Assembly (NCBI GenBank): GCA_037440005.1
Contig: JBBIUY010000006.1
Coordinates: 32,001 to 96,000 of the forward strand
DNA length: 64,000 nucleotides
Reading direction: 5' to 3'
From: Armatimonadota bacterium
GTDB lineage: Bacteria; Sysuimicrobiota; Sysuimicrobiia; Sysuimicrobiales; Kaftiobacteriaceae
In this document: positions 62,706 to 64,000 of the stretch, piece by piece
Position numbering within the stretch: position 1 is the first letter of the stretch
How the letters are laid out: every line of letters begins with the position of its first letter
Translations under genes and position numbers: made by a program
The notes under the pieces: generated by a model
Databases searched by the model: none
What the model was told of the DNA's origin: nothing
What the model saw: the letters and a program-made list of their open reading frames with translations, nothing else

Positions 62706-63471
62706 TGTGGAAGCCGCTGTCCACGAAGATGATGTTCCCGGTCACAGCCCGGGAGAGGTCGCTGGCCAGGAACACCGCCACGTCGCCCACGTCCTCCTGA
62801 GTGATGTTGCGGCGCAGGGGGGCGATCTGCTCGGTCAGGTCCCGCAGCCGCGACAGTCCGCGCACGGCGCTGCTGGCCAGGGTCCGCAGGGGACCGGCGG
62901 AGATGGCGTTGACCCGGATCTGGCTGGGGCCGAGCTCGCTGGCCAGGTAGCGGACTTCGGTCTCCAGGGCGGCCTTGGCCACCGCCATGACGTTGTAGCC
63001 CGGGACCACCCGCTCCACGGCGTTGTAGGTGAGGGTGAAGATGGCGCCGCCTCCGCTGCTGGCCATCAGGGGGGCGGCGTACCGGGCGACGGCGATCAGC
63101 GAGTAGGCGCTGATGTCCAGGGCCTGGGCGTATCCCGACCGGGAGATCTCGTGGAACGGACGGGTCAGGTCCTCCCGGTTCGCGTAGGCGATGCAGTGGG
63201 CCACCGCGTGCAGCCGACCCCACCTCTCCCGCAGCCCCTCGAACACCGCCCGCACCTGGTCGTCGTCCTGGACGTCGCAGGGGAACGTGGGGAAGGCGTC
63301 CCGGCCGCCGATGGTGTCCAGCAGCTCGTCCAGGTTCTCCTTCAGGCGCTCGTTCTGGTAGGTGAACGCCAGCCGGGCCCCTTCCCGGTGAAAGGCGGTG
63401 GCGATTCCCCAGGCGATACTGCGCTGGTTGGCCACCCCCATGATGAGGGCGTGCTTGCCGGCCAGCAGCAT
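62680..63471 (-). CDS. fabI: Enoyl-ACP reductase
   Basis: GVANQRSIAWGIA, YNVMAVAKAALE, ISAGPLRTLA. Confidence 0.96.
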   Translation of the reverse strand: MLLAGKHALIMGVANQRSIAWGIATAFHREGARLAFTYQNERLKENLDELLDTIGGRDAFPTFPCDVQDDDQVRAVFEGLRERWGRLHAVAHCIAYANREDLTRPFHEISRSGYAQALDISAYSLIAVARYAAPLMASSGGGAIFTLTYNAVERVVPGYNVMAVAKAALETEVRYLASELGPSQIRVNAISAGPLRTLASSAVRGLSRLRDLTEQIAPLRRNITQEDVGDVAVFLASDLSRAVTGNIIFVDSGFHIMGIAQEV

Positions 63472-63499
63472 CCTCGTCCTCCCCCCGGGCGTAAAGCGA

Positions 63500-64000
63500 T
63501 CACCCCGCGGCGCCGCGGGCCCGGGGTCCGCCGGTGCGGACGTACCGGATCAGCCCCAGCACGCTTTGGCGCACCGGCATGACGACCTCGTACCGGGCCA
63601 CGGCGTCGGGTCCGTCCCGCCGGGCGATCTCCTCCCGGGCGGCGGCGCGGACCTGCGCGACGATGGCGTCCTCGTCGGCGCCCGCCTCCAGCAGCCGCCG
63701 CACCAGGTCCACGTGGCGGTGGAGGCTTTCGTCGAGCCGGTCCAGCAGCTCCTCCGCGCCGGCGTGGGGGCCGAAGTGGGTCAGCAGCAGGCGGCGCGGC
63801 CGCAGGGAGCGCATCAGAGCCAGGGAGCGTTCCCAGGCGGGGACGTCCAGTTCCGGGGGAGGCGTGGGAGCCCGCACGTACCGCGATCCCGGCAGCACCA
63901 CTCCCGCCACGTCCCCGGTGAACAGGTCCCCGGAGGCCGGGTCCCAGTAGACGTGGTGGTGGCGGGCGTGGCCGGGGGTGTCCCGCGCCACCAGGGTGCG
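63500..64000 (-). CDS. Metallo-beta-lactamase-fold hydrolase, start outside the window
   Basis: TPGHARHH, LFTGDVAG, LTHFG. Confidence 0.85.
   Translation of the reverse strand, partial: RTLVARDTPGHARHHHVYWDPASGDLFTGDVAGVVLPGSRYVRAPTPPPELDVPAWERSLALMRSLRPRRLLLTHFGPHAGAEELLDRLDESLHRHVDLVRRLLEAGADEDAIVAQVRAAAREEIARRDGPDAVARYEVVMPVRQSVLGLIRYVRTGGPRARGAAG

Overview
Very GC-rich bacterial chromosomal window spanning the replication origin. Minus strand, left of oriC: dnaA-dnaN-yaaA-recF-dciA(DUF721)-remB(DUF370)-gyrB-gyrA, then an M50 protease, a GNAT, a sugar ABC transporter, a Nudix-like protein, AlaX and a small CxxC protein. Mostly plus strand, right of oriC: rpmH-rnpA-yidD-yidC-jag-rsmG-parA-parB; HD protein, aromatic amino-acid decarboxylase, PRTase, gcvT-H-PA-PB, Ser/Thr dehydratase; a lexA operon; PiT; trxA/trxB; hspR-hsp20-dnaK-grpE-dnaJ-clpB; a membrane-fused spermidine synthase-like gene; a 4xGAF diguanylate cyclase; ychF; a decayed IS; rpsF-ssb-rpsR-DUF2232-rplI-lonC; intein-containing dnaB; EamA, PepF, a glycosyltransferase, an acyltransferase and fabI. 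Gene order is Firmicute-like, but DnaK carries the insert that Firmicutes and Actinobacteria lack, suggesting an Armatimonadota-like or related Terrabacteria lineage (inference). Main points of interest: (1) an uncharacterised GHKL-ATPase/winged-HTH gene lying inside a split origin, directly upstream of dnaA; (2) a dnaB promoter with a perfect SOS box and a perfect DnaA box, driving a helicase with a P-loop intein; (3) a lexA operon encoding a small membrane protein and an apparently catalytically dead RNase H fold; (4) a HAIR-like operator variant between divergent trxB and hspR. No rRNA, tRNA or CRISPR array was recognised. All annotation is by eye from motifs; no database searches were run.
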